A DNA stretch of 64,000 bases from Solirubrobacteraceae bacterium (GTDB taxonomy: Bacteria; Actinomycetota; Thermoleophilia; Solirubrobacterales; Solirubrobacteraceae): assembly GCA_035540675.1 (NCBI GenBank), contig DATLGB010000223.1, positions 4,502-68,501 on the forward strand, in the 5' to 3' direction. The notes under the pieces were generated by a model, which worked only from the letters and a program-made list of their open reading frames with translations, had not been told where the DNA came from and searched no databases. The translations under genes and the position numbers were made by a program. Every line of letters starts with the position of its first letter. Within the stretch, counting starts at the first letter, position 1. Below are positions 62,463 to 64,000 of the stretch, in pieces.

Positions 62463-64000
62463 GTGCGGCGCCGGCGGCCAGCGGATGACAAGCCCTCGGT
62501 GGGGATCTGGTTCCTGGTCGCGATCCTGCTGCTGCTCGCGCTCTACCTGACCGCCGTCGAGCTCTCGCGGCCGCACGTCGACGGAGACCGGCTGCGCATC
62601 GACCAGTTCCTCACCGCCGTCGACGACGGTCGCGTGCGCACCGCGCGCGTGCTCGATGCCGACGGCATCGTCATCGGCTCGTACGAGCGGCCGGACGGCG
62701 TGATCGCCCGGTACAACGCGCGCTACCTGCGCATGGAGGGCCAGGGCTCGCTGGTCGACACCCTGGTCGACGCGGGCGTGCCGACCACGATCGACCAGCA
62801 GGACCTCAAGGCCCTCGTCCTGCCGGCGGTGCTCATCCTCTTCCCCGCGCTGATCGTCGTCCTGGTCTTCGCCTACTTCATCCTGTCGGCGCGCGCGCGA
62901 ACCGGGCTGTTCGCCGTCCGCAGCGGCGCGAGGCGGATCGGCTCCGAGCACACCCGCACGACCTTCGCCGCCGTCGCGGGGCAGGAGGTGGCGGTCGCCG
63001 AGATGCGCGAGGTCTCGGAGTTCCTGTCGGCGCCGAGGAAGTTCGCGGCGCTCGGCGTCTCGATGCCGAAGGGCGTCCTCCTCTACGGTCCCCCCGGCTG
63101 CGGCAAGACGCTGCTCGCCCGCGCGCTCGCGGGCGAGACGGGCGCGGCGTTCTTCTCGATCTCCGGCGCCGACTTCGTCGAGCTCTACGTGGGCGTCGGC
63201 GCGGCGCGCGTGCGGGACCTGTTCAAGGAGGCGCGCGAGCACGCGCCGGCCATCGTCTTCATCGACGAGCTCGACACGCTCGCCCGCCGGCGCAGCTCGG
63301 GGGCGGCCGCCGCCGCCTCGAGCGACAGCGAGCAGGAGCAGGCGCTCAACCAGCTGCTCGCCGAGATGGACGGCTTCTCGCCGCTGGACCGGATCCTCGT
63401 CGTGGGGGCCACCAACCGCCCGGACACGCTCGACCCCGCGCTGCTGCGGCCGGGGCGGCTCGACCGCTCGATCGGCCTCGAGCTGCCCGACGAACGCGGC
63501 CGCCATGCGATCCTCGAGGTCCACGCGCGGGGCAAGCCGCTGGCGGGCGACGTCGACCTGCGCGCCGTCGCCGAGGCGGCGGTCGGCCTCACCGGAGCCG
63601 ATCTCGCCAGCGTCGTCAACGAGGCCGGGCTGCTGGCGACGCGGGCGGGGCAGCGGCAGATCACGCGGGCGCACCTCGAGCAGGCCCTCCGGCGCATCGT
63701 CGAGGCGCCCGAGCGCCAGCGCCGCCTGTCGATGCGCGACCGCACCATCGGCCAGCGGACCCTCGCCGAGGACCGCGTGACGTTCGCCGACGTCGCCGGC
63801 GTCGACGCGGTCGTCGACGAGCTCAAGGAGATCCGCGACTACCTCAGCGCGCCCGACCGTTTCGCGGCGCTCGGCGCGCGCATTCCCCGTGGCTACCTGC
63901 TCTCGGGTCCGCCCGGGTGCGGCAAGACGCTGGTCGCGCGCGCGGTGGCCGGCGAGGCCAACGCCGTGTTCATCTCGGCGGCGGCGACGGCGTTCGTGGA
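62463..64000 (+). CDS. FtsH-like membrane AAA+ protein with a second AAA module where the M41 protease domain is expected (3' end beyond window)
   Basis: Manual translation (open to the window end). TM, FtsH-ext-like loop, TM. AAA-1: GPPGCGKTLLARALAGE, IVFIDELD, ATNRPDTLDPALLRPGRLDR. Then VTFADVAGVD...GPPGCGKTLVARAVAGE (AAA-2). Confidence 0.75.
   Translation, partial: MRRRRPADDKPSVGIWFLVAILLLLALYLTAVELSRPHVDGDRLRIDQFLTAVDDGRVRTARVLDADGIVIGSYERPDGVIARYNARYLRMEGQGSLVDTLVDAGVPTTIDQQDLKALVLPAVLILFPALIVVLVFAYFILSARARTGLFAVRSGARRIGSEHTRTTFAAVAGQEVAVAEMREVSEFLSAPRKFAALGVSMPKGVLLYGPPGCGKTLLARALAGETGAAFFSISGADFVELYVGVGAARVRDLFKEAREHAPAIVFIDELDTLARRRSSGAAAAASSDSEQEQALNQLLAEMDGFSPLDRILVVGATNRPDTLDPALLRPGRLDRSIGLELPDERGRHAILEVHARGKPLAGDVDLRAVAEAAVGLTGADLASVVNEAGLLATRAGQRQITRAHLEQALRRIVEAPERQRRLSMRDRTIGQRTLAEDRVTFADVAGVDAVVDELKEIRDYLSAPDRFAALGARIPRGYLLSGPPGCGKTLVARAVAGEANAVFISAAATAFV

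Overview
This is a very GC-rich (by eye above 70%), densely coded chromosome segment of actinobacterial type (possibly Thermoleophilia/Rubrobacteria-like; organism not identified). Many neighbouring genes are coupled through 4-nt ATGA/GTGA start/stop overlaps. Many long track ORFs are off-frame or antisense artefacts of the high GC, so genes were called from recognisable motifs and GC3-consistent frames.

Layout:
- 1-9.2 kb: housekeeping and membrane genes.
- 9.2-12.6 kb: tetrapyrrole genes hemB, a fused AhbA/AhbB-like siroheme decarboxylase, and hemL.
- 13.0-17.1 kb: Bacillus-type menaquinol:cytochrome c reductase (qcrABC), menG and a polyprenyl synthase.
- 17.7-19.0 kb: tatA and tatC.
- 19.68 kb: tRNA-Lys(CUU).
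- 20.6-24.1 kb: a nucleotide-sugar modification operon.
- 25.5-30.4 kb: purA, a DnaC-like loader, and dnaB carrying a 423-aa LAGLIDADG intein in the P-loop.
- 30.5-46.8 kb: a large [NiFe]-hydrogenase supercluster. It contains hypE, hypD, a SIS-HypC-SIS fusion, hypC and hypF; four tandem small membrane proteins and a DUF1059 protein; divergent small and large subunits plus a degenerate protease; a NifU-like/TPR/BPL-like operon; a canonical protease; a methyltransferase; a CooC-like ATPase; and two regulators.
- 47-62.5 kb: a cell-surface protein island with three BNR/sialidase-like paralogs, two Ig-like paralogs, an RTX protein, a TolB-like propeller and an anchored SBP.
- 62.5-64 kb: a partial FtsH-like protein with two AAA modules.

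Main finding: two genes carry an in-frame TGA exactly at the position of a catalytic or metal-binding cysteine. They are a MerB-like lyase at 20086-20088 and a CooC-like Ni-insertion ATPase at 45665-45667 inside the hydrogenase cluster. Each TGA is followed 12-13 nt later by a 7-8 bp hairpin with a GGUC apical loop, which is SECIS-like. I interpret both as probable selenoproteins. The hydrogenase cluster also has a non-canonical accessory gene set and no hypA/hypB within the window.

All family assignments rest on motif recognition by eye. No database search was possible.
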